Shown here: in pieces, positions 1 through 10,022 of the stretch
How positions within the stretch are numbered: the stretch's first letter is position 1
How the letters are laid out: every line of letters begins with the position of its first letter
From: Nostoc sp. DedSLP01
GTDB lineage: Bacteria; Cyanobacteriota; Cyanobacteriia; Cyanobacteriales; Nostocaceae
Direction: 5' to 3'
Assembly (NCBI GenBank): GCA_034530875.2
Contig: JAVRCJ020000010.1
Coordinates: forward strand, 96,001 to 160,000
Length of the DNA stretch: 64,000 bases
The notes under the pieces: generated by a model
What the model was told of the DNA's origin: nothing
Databases searched by the model: none
The model's input: only the letters and a program-made list of their open reading frames with translations
Made by a program: the position numbers and the translations under genes

Positions 1-3000
1 GGAATTCAACGAACCCGCTAAATTACCTTGAGTACCTCCAACTACATAAAGATTACCGAATTTATCTGTAGTAATCTCAAAGACTAAATCGTACTTAGAA
101 GTACCAAACTGTTTAACCCACAGCTGCTGCCCATCGTTGTTGTATTTGGTAATCCAATTATCAAAAGACCCAATATTAGCACCTTGTAAAGCACCATTTG
201 TCAATCCCGCCGTATAAACATTACCCCAGTTATCTACAGTAATAGCTGCACTGAGATCGATACCAGCAGTTCCAAATTGTTTAATTAGTGGTTGGGCTGG
301 TTGGAGAGATGGCGTAGTACCTACGTACTTGAAGTTAGAACTGGTGAGATTGAGATTGTAGTTAGCAAATACAATGCCTACTAAATCATCTTCAAAAACA
401 GATGTACTTCCGGTTTTCTTTTGAAAGATTGCAGTTCCCAAAAATGGAACATTTACCAGTTCGTAATCTGCCGCAGAACCACGTAACTGAATAGTATCCT
501 GATTAGGATTAAAATCGAAAATAAAGCCAAAGTCATTGTAACCAGATTGATTGTAGTATGACTGTATCCAATCCCCAAGCACAAATCTATCGCTACCTCC
601 AGAAGGAGGATTGCCTCCCAAGATATTGAAAAAATCTTGGCTTAAATATAGTTTAATTACTTCGGAATCACCAAAGAAAATATCTATATGAGTTGGTACT
701 TGTGCGGACTGATTCAAACTGTGGTCAATAGGATAAAAAGTATCATCACCTATCCGACCAAAAATTAGTTGAAAGTCAGAAAATCCACCAAATACTAAGT
801 CGCTAGCAGGTGTTAGTGTTGTAAATAGGGCATCGTATTCGGTCGGAGGTAATTCACCATCTGTGTTGGAGAATAAAGTCTCGAATAAAATGTTATAGAA
901 TGCACCTATAGCGTTATAAGCTTGTTCAATTGGGTCAATATTAGCCATAGAATTAACTGTCACAGTTAGAGGTTGTTCCAAGGAAAGTCCACCATTATCA
1001 GTAGTGCGAACGCGCAGATTGTAGGTAGATTTAGTTTGAAAGTTGGGAGAATTTTTAATTTTTAAAGTGTTGCCATCAATAATGAAAGCATCATTATCAG
1101 CATCATTAGTTCCTGATACTAATTTGTAAGTAAAAGTGTTTCCAGTATCAGGGTCGGTAGTAATAAATTTGCCAACGTTCGTGCCTGCTGGCACATTCTC
1201 ATTCACACTTGTGGCAGTTAATGTTAAACCTGTGGGAGCTTCGTTAACATCTTTGATTGCGATCGTTAGAGGTTGTTCAAAAGAAAGTCCACCATTATCA
1301 GTAGTGCGAACGCGCAGATTGTAGATAGATTTGGTTTCAAAGTTGGGAGAATTTTTGATTTTTAAAGTGTTGCCATCAATAATGAAAGCATCATTATCAG
1401 TATCACCAGTTCCTGATATTAATTTGTAAGTAAATGTGTTCCCAGTATCAGGGTCAATGGTAGTAAAATCACCAATAATTGTGCCTGCCGCCACATTTTC
1501 ATTCACAATGGTGGCACTCAATGTTAAATTTACGGGGGCTTCATTAACATTTTTGATTGCGATCGTTAGAGATTTTTCTAAGGAAAGTCCGTCGCTATCA
1601 ATAGTGCGGACACGCAGATTGTAAGTAGATTTAGTTTCAAAATCTGGAGAATTTTTGATTTTTAAACTATTGCCGTCAATAATGAAAGCATCATTATCAG
1701 TATCACCAGTTCCTGTTACTAAGCTATAAGTAAACGTGTTACTAGTATCGGGGTCAATGGTAGTAAGGTTGGCAATAATTGTACCTGCTGCCACATTTTC
1801 ATTCACAATGTTGGTGCTTAATATTAAATCTGTAGGAGATTTTGCAGGATTAAAAGATTTGAGAATACCAGTATTAGCATCTAACTTAACTATCCAAGAA
1901 TCTATAGCACCAGCATTTGTTCTTCCTAAAGAACCGTCAGTAAATCCTGAAACGTAGATATTGCCATTGTTATCGACAGAAATATCTGTGGAATTATCAA
2001 GGTTGGGACTACCAAATTGTTGAATCCAATTTTGGTTACCATTAGTATCAAAACTAGCTACAAAAACATCAAAAGATCCAGCATTGGAACCTGTGAAGCT
2101 ACCATTGGTATAACCTGTGATGAAAATGCGATCGCTAGAGTCAATTGTCAGACCTCCCAAAAAGGCAGTATCAATGCCGGTAGTGCCAAACTGTTTTATC
2201 CAAGCTTTGGTACCATCAGCAAGATACTTAGCTAGCCAAAGGTCGTCAGCACCTGCATTTTCTCCACCCAAGTCACCTTTTGTCCAGCCGTAAGCATATA
2301 TATTGCCTTGGCTATCCACATCGACATCCCAGGAAAATTCAAAACTGGGAGTGCCGAACTGTTTAATCCATTGTTGCTGTCCGGTATTTTGGTCGAATTT
2401 GGATATCCAAGTATCGTAAAAATTGAATTGCCCGGAGTTAGTATAATCGCCATAAGTCCATCCTGTAGCATATACAGAACCATCTTTGGCGACTTTAATT
2501 CCATAAGCTTCATCCCATAAGGCGATGGAAGATTCTGGAGTTCCGACTTCTGTAAACCACTTCTGGTTACCATCGCCATCGTATTTAGCTACCCAGAAAT
2601 CATCCTGAACGGCAATTACTTTATATGGATTATCATCTGGTCTGGGGTCTGGCTTAAGTGTAAACCCTGATACGTAAACATTGCCAGATTCATCAACATC
2701 AATATCAGATATGGCATTGAGAACTTCTGTGCCAAACTGCCGAACCCATAGCTGTTTGCCAGTATTATCAAACTTAGCTAACCAAGCATCTTGATCGGTA
2801 GCTTGTCTTGGTGTTGCTAAGTTACCTTGCGTGCCTCCTGCTACATAGATATTACCCCATTTATCTGTAGCGATCGCTGCCCCCAAATCAGAGTTGGAAC
2901 TACCAAACTGCACTAGGAATAACTGATTACCATTGCTGTCATATTTAGCCAGCCAGTTATCATAAGACCCACTATTACTTCCTTGTAACGAACCATTGGT

Positions 3001-3711
3001 ATTGCCAATCGCATAAACATTGCCTTGGCTATCAACTGCACTATCAAGGAGAATATCAACACCAACTGTTCCTATTTGCTTAATTTGCGGTAGTATAGGC
3101 CCTGCTGGTGGGGCGTAACCTACATACTTAATACTAGAATTTTTGCTATCTAAATTATAATTCGAGAAGACAACAGCTACTAAATCTCCATCCCAGAAAA
3201 AGGGACTAGACTTTGATTTTTGATATATTACTGTTCCTACAAAGGGAACAGTAATAAAATCGTAATCTGCCGCAGAACCGTGTAATTGAATTGTGTCTTC
3301 TGCTGAGTTGAAATCTACAATAAATGCAAAGTCTTTATCGCCAGATTGCGTGTAGTTAGAATGCCTCCAATCACCAAGAACAAATGTGTCCGCACCTAAA
3401 GATGGTGGATTGCCTGCTAAGATTTTGAGAAACTCTTGGAAAAAAAGCAGGTTTACTGGTTCTAAATCCCCAATTAATATATCAATATTTGTTTGTGTTG
3501 GCTTCGGTTGAGGAAGGCTATTATCAAAACCATAAATTGTATCGTTGCCTGCCCTAGCAAAAATTAGTTGAATATCAGCATAGTTTCCCCAAACTAAGTC
3601 ACTAGAAGGAGTTAATGTCACCAACAAACTATCTAATTGATTGTCACCAGTAGCGCTGCCATTTAGCCCTATGGTCTTTGCTAAAATTTGGGATAAACTA
3701 TCGCTCGTCAT
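1..3711 (-). CDS. CylK/BrtB-like alkyl-halide-using alkylase: two tandem (Ca-binding N-domain + SBBP beta-propeller) units linked by 3 cadherin repeats; runs off the left edge
   Basis: Not in the ORF track because it has no stop in the window. Hand translation from ATG 3711 (GAGG RBS upstream) is open to position 1 (>1237 aa). Unit 1: LIFARAGNDTIYGFD..IDILIGD..DTFVLGDW..IVDFNSAEDTIQLHGS, then repeats such as VDSQGNVY..G.T.G..YDNWLAKYD..GNQ.W..QFG. Cadherin repeats follow. Unit 2: LIFGRIGDDTF..DRFVLGDW..DFNPNQDTIQLRGS, then further propeller blades. Confidence 0.85.
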   Translation of the reverse strand, partial: MTSDSLSQILAKTIGLNGSATGDNQLDSLLVTLTPSSDLVWGNYADIQLIFARAGNDTIYGFDNSLPQPKPTQTNIDILIGDLEPVNLLFFQEFLKILAGNPPSLGADTFVLGDWRHSNYTQSGDKDFAFIVDFNSAEDTIQLHGSAADYDFITVPFVGTVIYQKSKSSPFFWDGDLVAVVFSNYNLDSKNSSIKYVGYAPPAGPILPQIKQIGTVGVDILLDSAVDSQGNVYAIGNTNGSLQGSNSGSYDNWLAKYDSNGNQLFLVQFGSSNSDLGAAIATDKWGNIYVAGGTQGNLATPRQATDQDAWLAKFDNTGKQLWVRQFGTEVLNAISDIDVDESGNVYVSGFTLKPDPRPDDNPYKVIAVQDDFWVAKYDGDGNQKWFTEVGTPESSIALWDEAYGIKVAKDGSVYATGWTYGDYTNSGQFNFYDTWISKFDQNTGQQQWIKQFGTPSFEFSWDVDVDSQGNIYAYGWTKGDLGGENAGADDLWLAKYLADGTKAWIKQFGTTGIDTAFLGGLTIDSSDRIFITGYTNGSFTGSNAGSFDVFVASFDTNGNQNWIQQFGSPNLDNSTDISVDNNGNIYVSGFTDGSLGRTNAGAIDSWIVKLDANTGILKSFNPAKSPTDLILSTNIVNENVAAGTIIANLTTIDPDTSNTFTYSLVTGTGDTDNDAFIIDGNSLKIKNSPDFETKSTYNLRVRTIDSDGLSLEKSLTIAIKNVNEAPVNLTLSATIVNENVAAGTIIGDFTTIDPDTGNTFTYKLISGTGDTDNDAFIIDGNTLKIKNSPNFETKSIYNLRVRTTDNGGLSFEQPLTIAIKDVNEAPTGLTLTATSVNENVPAGTNVGKFITTDPDTGNTFTYKLVSGTNDADNDAFIIDGNTLKIKNSPNFQTKSTYNLRVRTTDNGGLSLEQPLTVTVNSMANIDPIEQAYNAIGAFYNILFETLFSNTDGELPPTEYDALFTTLTPASDLVFGGFSDFQLIFGRIGDDTFYPIDHSLNQSAQVPTHIDIFFGDSEVIKLYLSQDFFNILGGNPPSGGSDRFVLGDWIQSYYNQSGYNDFGFIFDFNPNQDTIQLRGSAADYELVNVPFLGTAIFQKKTGSTSVFEDDLVGIVFANYNLNLTSSNFKYVGTTPSLQPAQPLIKQFGTAGIDLSAAITVDNWGNVYTAGLTNGALQGANIGSFDNWITKYNNDGQQLWVKQFGTSKYDLVFEITTDKFGNLYVVGGTQGNLAGSLNS
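961..1836 (-). repeat. Three tandem ~300 bp cadherin-domain repeats inside the large CDS
   Basis: Exact 300-nt periodicity, e.g. aatgaaagcatcattatcag at 1081, 1381 and 1681. Protein motif: VNENV.AGT...F.T.DPDTGNTFTY.L..G..D.DNDAFIIDGN.LKIKNSP.FETKS.YNLRVRT.D.GG....L.I.I.DVNEAP. Confidence 0.92.
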
Positions 3712-4104
3712 TTTCTAGAGCCTCTATTAAGGAGTTAATAACTTAGATTTATTAGATTAGTTTTTAGATATATATCTTAAGGATAATATTTAAAAGTTAC
3801 TCAAAATATTATTCTTAAATAAACCGTTAATAATGCTTTTATAAAGCTCAAATTTTCCCAGACAAACGCATCTAAATTGCTCTTCAGAGCAAACAAGATT
3901 ACGAACTAACACAAAAGTCAGTACAGATACATCTACTTACCTTGACTCAAAGCGATGCCTACGATGGGCTACACCTACAGTCAAATGTTTGTGAATAAGT
4001 AGAAATTAATTAAATTATTTTTGAAAGCATTGAAAATAGTCCAGCCTTATCGAAATTAGGCGGTTGCCATGCACTTTTCCTATTTTTGAAAAAGATAGGG
4101 TAAT

Positions 4105-4237
4105 AATGTTCGGTTAAGGCTAAAAACTAAAACTGATGTAGGTTTGGTTGAGGAGCAAAAGCCATCATCCTCAGGGTTTTGTTGAGTTTTGCTGTAACTC
4201 AACAAAATCTAATTTTCTACTGAACTAAACCGTATTG
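4105..4237. repeat. Nostoc-type MITE-like intergenic element with internal hairpin
   Basis: Imperfect inverted ends (taatgttcggttaag ... aactaaaccgtattg) and an internal hairpin ttttgttgag...ctcaacaaaa. Confidence 0.4.
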
Positions 4238-4413
4238 ATAATTAGGGAATATGTAATAATTTTGGTATGAAGCGAGACTTTGCAAATATCTTCTAAACTC
4301 GACTTTATGCAAAATTAAGAACTCATTTTTATTGAAGTCGAGCTAAGAAATTAGATAAAAATGAAGAGTCTGCCCAGAGATAAATCCTGCTTTTCTTCTC
4401 AGTAACGTACTTA

Positions 4414-5385
4414 TTAACCTAAGTTTTTTTTACGAAACATAACGGCCATATTAGTCTTAAAACTCAGCCAATAGCCAAAAATCATGTAGAAGATGAATTT
4501 CAATGAAGTCAGTGCTTTTACAGGTTGGCTGGGTTCATAAATGACATCTAATGAGCCGTCGAATAAACGCACATACTGATTCCACATCCGACTATTCATA
4601 CCAAATAGAAGGTCATGAAATGGGCGTTCAAAGAAAGATACAACTTCCCAATTTTGCTGTTTACCTAGCAATTCCAAAGTTTGTTGAGTATACATGTGAA
4701 GGTGATAAGGAACATGCACCTCGTTATAGTACTCAGCTAAATTAGGTTGGGATAGGTCAATATTGTCTGCGTTTGGTGTGGCAACGAGAATATAACCACC
4801 AGGCGCAAGCAGATTGTCTAACTCAGATAATAGGGTATGAGGATCTTCAACGTGTTCGATAATATCCTGGAGTAGGATGTAATCAAATTTCCCAGGCTCA
4901 AGAATTTTGGCATTGTTGAATTCTGGGTGGGGTGAGTAAGGATCGTACCCACGAACATTTGCAAAGCCAAGTTCTTGCAAATATTTGACAAATAGACCGT
5001 TACCACCGCAACCATAATCAAGAAAGGTGTGATTTTTGTCAAAGCCATGCTTTTTCAGGCGTTTGAGGATATTTTTATAGCAGGCGCGTGCTGAATCATG
5101 AGCAACAGCTTGGGCAATGGGATATTTTGCGTAGTAGCGATCGAGGTCTACAATATCTAGACAATGAATTGTTCGGCAATTTGGACACCGCCAAACTTTG
5201 AATTTCTCATCCCTAAAGGCTCTAACGTTACAGGGAAAAGTAACAAATAGAGATTCGTCACGAGGATCGATACGATAGTTACAAATCAAACACTCAAGGC
5301 GTTGTTTGCTTGCTGTCCCGTTTTGGTTTTGCTGCAAAAGCAAATCATCTGAAAGGCTAAGATTGGACGGGTATTTGTTTGTCAT
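4414..5385 (-). CDS. Class I SAM-dependent methyltransferase with N-terminal CxxC...CxxC zinc ribbon
   Basis: CLIC...CPNC; LDYGCGG SAM motif; FDYILLQDIIEHV; LAPGG. The GTG at 5400 is an alternative start. Confidence 0.85.
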   Translation of the reverse strand: MTNKYPSNLSLSDDLLLQQNQNGTASKQRLECLICNYRIDPRDESLFVTFPCNVRAFRDEKFKVWRCPNCRTIHCLDIVDLDRYYAKYPIAQAVAHDSARACYKNILKRLKKHGFDKNHTFLDYGCGGNGLFVKYLQELGFANVRGYDPYSPHPEFNNAKILEPGKFDYILLQDIIEHVEDPHTLLSELDNLLAPGGYILVATPNADNIDLSQPNLAEYYNEVHVPYHLHMYTQQTLELLGKQQNWEVVSFFERPFHDLLFGMNSRMWNQYVRLFDGSLDVIYEPSQPVKALTSLKFIFYMIFGYWLSFKTNMAVMFRKKNLG

Positions 5386-6172
5386 TATCTTCGATCTCAC
5401 AAAATAGATTTGATAAAAGGTTGGGTTTAACAGTTTGTGTATTTTTACCTTTTTCTAGTATTAGGTATGGCATTCCCGCCCTTCTCGCACACTCGCCATC
5501 GCGGTCGTCGCGATCGCCAATAAATAAACAGTTCTCTACTGCAATCCCTAGAGTTTCAGCGACAAGCAATAAGCCTTTCGGATCTGGCTTGAGCCGTCCT
5601 ACATTTTTATCGGTTGAACTGACAATGCAATTAGGAGATAATCCAAGCTGAGATAACTTATCTCGAGCAGGGTAATCAGAAAATACAGCAGTAGCTAGAC
5701 CGCGATTTGCAACATTTTTAAATAGCTCTAATACTTCAGGATGTCGGCAAGAGTATATGTGTTTTAGCGGTTCTTGAAAAATCCATTTCTGGACTAATTT
5801 ACGTACTTGCTCGATAGAAACTCCCGATACTTCAGCAGCCCATTCATATTGAGCATTTTCTAAATCATCAACAATATTTAATACATTTTTTTCTCTCTCG
5901 TTGATGAAGTTTGTAACTATTTTAACTTCCGGCAGATGTAGAGGATGCTTTAAATAATATTTCAACATTTCTAAACGCATAATCCTATACATTTTCTTCA
6001 AGCTGTATAAAGTGCCATCAACATCAAATATTACAGCTTTTATATCTTGATACTTGAAATTCAGTGTTGACTGCTCAGATTCAGTTAGTAAATCCATCGT
6101 TTCAAAAATGTGGTTATTTCTCATCGGTAAGAACTTGAGGCATATTTTCGGAAGATGGTGTTTTAGCAGCAA
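5357..6172 (-). CDS. HAD-superfamily phosphatase
   Basis: FDVDGTL (motif I), KPDP and IGDRDDRDG (motif IV). The true start may be 6124 or 6097. Confidence 0.9.
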   Translation of the reverse strand: MLLKHHLPKICLKFLPMRNNHIFETMDLLTESEQSTLNFKYQDIKAVIFDVDGTLYSLKKMYRIMRLEMLKYYLKHPLHLPEVKIVTNFINEREKNVLNIVDDLENAQYEWAAEVSGVSIEQVRKLVQKWIFQEPLKHIYSCRHPEVLELFKNVANRGLATAVFSDYPARDKLSQLGLSPNCIVSSTDKNVGRLKPDPKGLLLVAETLGIAVENCLFIGDRDDRDGECARRAGMPYLILEKGKNTQTVKPNLLSNLFCEIEDNDKQIPVQS

Positions 6173-6181
6173 CTTACTCGA

Positions 6182-7012
6182 TTAACTTCCATACACATTG
6201 CGCCAATATTGCCTAATTGGCTGTGATACATGAGTTCCTAAGCAGAAAACCACGTAATATGTCGTCATAATCGAATATGCAATAAAGTCTTGTCCGATTA
6301 AAGGATCGAACTTAAATGCCAGCAACAGACCGATAAAGAATATAATTTGCAACCACAGCATGATATTGCCCTGGTAGGCTTTTAAAGCAGGACGGCCTTC
6401 TTTCCAACCATCTATGTCTTTCTCAACTATGCGTCTCACAGCAAGAAAGCCAATTCCCGTGCAGAAAGCTGCAAACATCAAAAAATAAGGAACTATTGTA
6501 TCCGTAACTAAGAGAGTCCCCATAAATAATCTCAGGGGCATAGTTATAGCATTGACAAATAACTCTAGATAAGGAATATTTCTCGCTACCAAAGAATAGA
6601 AAAGGTTGACAGCTATAAATGCACAATAGATGAGTGCTATTTTGATGCCAAAGTAAAATAAACCAAAGATGATGCCAAGAGAAATTAAAGATACTGCCAA
6701 AATAGTTGCTGTACTTTTACTAATTCTTCCAGAAGGCAGCGGTCGATTTTTCTTTTGGGGATGTTTGGCATCTTTTTCTAAATCGGTAATAGCATTTATC
6801 GTGTAAATTCCCCCATATATGCAGATATTAAATGACAAATACAGTAAAATTAAAGAAAGTATCAAATTGCCGTCAATTTTTCCAGCAAAAGAAAGTGCGC
6901 CCAAAAGAACAAAGGAAAAATTTGTATGAAACTTAAACCTAATCAAAGAAATAAAATCTTTGAAGGTAGCTTGAGAGTTAATAGATAACTCTCCTCTATT
7001 TTTGGTATTCAT
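6182..7012 (-). CDS. UbiA-family membrane transferase, decaprenyl-phosphate phosphoribosyltransferase-like
   Basis: Multiple TM helices; YTINAITDLEKDAKHPQKKNRPLPSG motif; RRIVE...RPALKAY motif. Confidence 0.85.
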   Translation of the reverse strand: MNTKNRGELSINSQATFKDFISLIRFKFHTNFSFVLLGALSFAGKIDGNLILSLILLYLSFNICIYGGIYTINAITDLEKDAKHPQKKNRPLPSGRISKSTATILAVSLISLGIIFGLFYFGIKIALIYCAFIAVNLFYSLVARNIPYLELFVNAITMPLRLFMGTLLVTDTIVPYFLMFAAFCTGIGFLAVRRIVEKDIDGWKEGRPALKAYQGNIMLWLQIIFFIGLLLAFKFDPLIGQDFIAYSIMTTYYVVFCLGTHVSQPIRQYWRNVYGS

Positions 7013-7091
7013 ATTTGCGGGAATTACTGTTATAGATTGATTACTTTCTATGTCTATTTTATGGGTTCCGACATTTTTTATACTTAGATTG

Positions 7092-7961
7092 TCATGAAGA
7101 TTTGATAAAATCGTTTTGCAAATATTTGAATTTTTGAGGTATTTGCTGACAACGCTTTTTATTCAACTCAGTAACACCGATCTGGCGATAAATTAGATCG
7201 CCTAATTGCGGATAAAATTGCCAAATAGCAAATAACAGTTTTGTTAGCCACACTGTGAGAAAGTCTTTATTCACTATCACTTCTACGCGATCGCTTTCGA
7301 TCGCTTGAATTACTGCTTTGGCGACTGCTTCAGGTTTGGAGGTTCCTGATAAACTTGGTGCTGGTATGCCAGTATCAGCTAGCATTCCTTGTTCTGCAAT
7401 ATATCCCGGACAAATTGTGGATATTTGCACGCCAGTACCCACTAATTCTTGTCTGAGGGCATCACCCCACATAAATAAACCTGCTTTACTAGCAGAATAT
7501 ATGCTGTCATAAGGATGGCCTTTCTTAGCAGCTAAGGAAGCGATATTGACAATATGTCCGCTTTTTTGGGCTAACATGTTTGGCAGCAGTAGTCTGGATA
7601 GTTCCATTGCGGCCAGTAAGTTAGTAGAGATGACTGATTGAATATCTGCGGTTGAATAATCTGTGAAAGCTTTATAAATTTCAATACCAGCGTTATTAAT
7701 TAATATGTCAATAGCAGGAACAAGCTGATGAATTTTTTCTATTAAGATGGGGAGTTCTTGTAAATTACTAATGTCACAAGTAATGGGAATAAAGTTACAT
7801 CCTAAAGCTTTAATTTCTGCTGCAACAGCTTCAAGTTGCTGGTGCGATCGCCCCACTCCGATAATAGTAGCTTGTTCTTTGGCTAAAGCACGAGCGATAA
7901 AAACGCCGATGCCGCGAGAAGCCCCTGTTAAAAGTACTGTTTTTCCTGTTATGGTGGTCAT
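7092..7961 (-). CDS. Classical short-chain dehydrogenase/reductase
   Basis: TGASRGIG, NNAG and YSASK are intact. Confidence 0.95.
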   Translation of the reverse strand: MTTITGKTVLLTGASRGIGVFIARALAKEQATIIGVGRSHQQLEAVAAEIKALGCNFIPITCDISNLQELPILIEKIHQLVPAIDILINNAGIEIYKAFTDYSTADIQSVISTNLLAAMELSRLLLPNMLAQKSGHIVNIASLAAKKGHPYDSIYSASKAGLFMWGDALRQELVGTGVQISTICPGYIAEQGMLADTGIPAPSLSGTSKPEAVAKAVIQAIESDRVEVIVNKDFLTVWLTKLLFAIWQFYPQLGDLIYRQIGVTELNKKRCQQIPQKFKYLQNDFIKSS

Positions 7962-8110
7962 AATACCTGGTTAAATGTTGGTTTTTATGGGTACAGATTG
8001 ACTATTTATTAGACGTCTTTTTTATCTCACGCAGAGGCGCGGAGGCGCAGAGAAGAGAACGCAAAGGAGGACTTTTGCAAGAAGTCTATTGATAGTCAAT
8101 CTGGATTGAT

Positions 8111-9973
8111 TTAGTTAACGTTTTGTTTTAAAGAGGGGAAATATTTTCCTCCTAGTTCAATCTCCCCTTGTTCGATTCCAGTTTTGATTCTGGAGAGTAG
8201 GTAGTCACAATTGCGGGCAATAAGATTTGTGCCGTGGTCTGGTTCAATTAAACCGGCTAAGGCAATATCGCTGCCGTATTGCTGGACTAAATCGTATATG
8301 CCCAGGAAGTTGAAGACTCCTGATTCATAGGTTCCGCAGGGAACTGAGGGATTGTTGACGCCTGTGTAATATTCTTTGTCGGATTTAAACCAGTTGAGAG
8401 ATGGATATCCGTGGAAATGAACCATTGGCGCACCATTTTCGATGAGTTCTGGTGCGTATAGGGCAGCAGAAAGAGCGATCGCCACCATCACGTACAAGTC
8501 ATAAGATGGTTTAATATCTCCGGCGCTGGCGTTAATTGCTTGTGGTAGTTGCAACAACAGCTTGTCTTGCAAGCCAATTCTGAGAATATCAGTTTCTAAA
8601 TTTAAGTCTGTTTTCTTGGAACCCGAACGAGAACTGATAACCCAAATATCTGGTATTTGTTTGTATCGATATTCATTACCAATTTTGGTTTTTAAATATC
8701 TCCTTCCCATTTGATTTAGTCGCAGTTCATCGCTGCTAAATCCAGGGATGGGCGATAAGTTTTCCCATTCGCTAGCTGAAATTTCTACAGCACCGATATA
8801 TTGTGGCGGTTCTGCATAAGCAACAAACCCATAAGATACGCCTGTTCTGCCATTGGCCATCCAATCTACAATATCTCGATGGGATTTTCTTTTAATTACA
8901 TCGTCAATTTTGAACCCAGAAGGTAGTAATTCTGTTGATGCTAATTCTTGACCGAATTTTACTAATTGTGCTGCATAAGGAGATTGATTTGGATTATATT
9001 CGCCAAGGATAAATCTGCTCAGTGGTAATGGAAGAATTGGGACGTATATTTTCGGGGTTAAAGACTTTAAAACAAAATCATTTATTGATTCCACAGCGAA
9101 CATGGAATCGGAAAGATTCATATTCAAAATAGAAATGCGATCGTCAGACACCCCAATGACAATTTCTGAAAATGTCCTGACTAGAGTATTTACACCAATA
9201 GGAATTTTTTGTTGATAGGGAAGATTGGGACTAATAAATTGTTCGTCTAAATCTGTGAGAACAATAATTTGGGTATTGGTAGGGTCTTCTACTGGTTGAA
9301 TATTCTCTTCAGCCCAACTGATGAATTGAGCAATTTTTGATACAGACTGCTTTTGATTTTTCCAAATAAACTGAGAATAGAAATTATAGAGATTTTCTGC
9401 AATACAGATTTTTAGCTTGCTGAGGGCATTCGGTTTTCTTTCAACATCGATAATAGCGCTGACATCAGCTTTGACTACTTTAGTTTTGATTGTTTTTCGC
9501 AGATTAGTTAAGGGAATAGTTATTTCATAGTTCATTTCTTTGGTGGCCGATTCCCAATCTACAATCTGCACGCCACAATCTTGGAGTTTTTGAACTAATT
9601 GTTCTCGAAATTTAATAATTGCTGCTTCTTTATATCCCTTGGGTAAAGGTCGAAAAGTGATTCTCAACTTTTGCGCCATAGCGTTAGGGTTGGTAACAGG
9701 CGGCTTAAACTCTGTATCGGTTTTTTGAGAAAATCCGCCAATTAAGCGGCCGATGGTTTGTAAGCTGAGATATCGATCGTTATCTGTAGAACATGCAGCA
9801 TCGTTATTTTTTCCTTGCAGTAAGCTGAGAATTTCGGCTTTGCGTTCTGCTAGTTCTGTTTGAATTTCTGGTGTTAATATTCCTTTGGGTGATTGAATGC
9901 GGAGTTTATCATTATCAACCCATAATTTCACGCCTTTTTGCGTTAATTCGTCTACAAGTTCAGTAACGTTCAT
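8111..9973 (-). CDS. TubC-type N-terminal docking domain fused to an uncharacterised region ending in a class II aldolase/adducin-like domain
   Basis: N-term ELTQKGVKLWVDNDKLRIQSPKGILTPEIQTELAERKAEILSLL (beta-hairpin docking domain). C-term ISSRSGSKKTDL..DIL, KPSYD, VHFHG and PDHG resemble the ITPSG..K..L / PSSE / HxH / NHG motifs of class II aldolases. Confidence 0.7.
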   Translation of the reverse strand: MNVTELVDELTQKGVKLWVDNDKLRIQSPKGILTPEIQTELAERKAEILSLLQGKNNDAACSTDNDRYLSLQTIGRLIGGFSQKTDTEFKPPVTNPNAMAQKLRITFRPLPKGYKEAAIIKFREQLVQKLQDCGVQIVDWESATKEMNYEITIPLTNLRKTIKTKVVKADVSAIIDVERKPNALSKLKICIAENLYNFYSQFIWKNQKQSVSKIAQFISWAEENIQPVEDPTNTQIIVLTDLDEQFISPNLPYQQKIPIGVNTLVRTFSEIVIGVSDDRISILNMNLSDSMFAVESINDFVLKSLTPKIYVPILPLPLSRFILGEYNPNQSPYAAQLVKFGQELASTELLPSGFKIDDVIKRKSHRDIVDWMANGRTGVSYGFVAYAEPPQYIGAVEISASEWENLSPIPGFSSDELRLNQMGRRYLKTKIGNEYRYKQIPDIWVISSRSGSKKTDLNLETDILRIGLQDKLLLQLPQAINASAGDIKPSYDLYVMVAIALSAALYAPELIENGAPMVHFHGYPSLNWFKSDKEYYTGVNNPSVPCGTYESGVFNFLGIYDLVQQYGSDIALAGLIEPDHGTNLIARNCDYLLSRIKTGIEQGEIELGGKYFPSLKQNVN

Positions 9974-10022
9974 GATTTTTACAACCCTTAATTATCTAAT
10001 CTTTTAAAACTATGACTGCCAA

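Noticed and set aside
961..1836. 300-bp periodic repeat as a CRISPR or non-coding array
   Set aside because: There are no short repeats with unique spacers; it is in-frame protein-domain repetition.
1136..2579. Short repeated ORFs (1136, 1436, 1736, 2017, 2232, 2308) that look like a peptide array
   Set aside because: They are antisense or off-frame shadows of the cadherin and propeller repeats of the 3711..<1 CDS.
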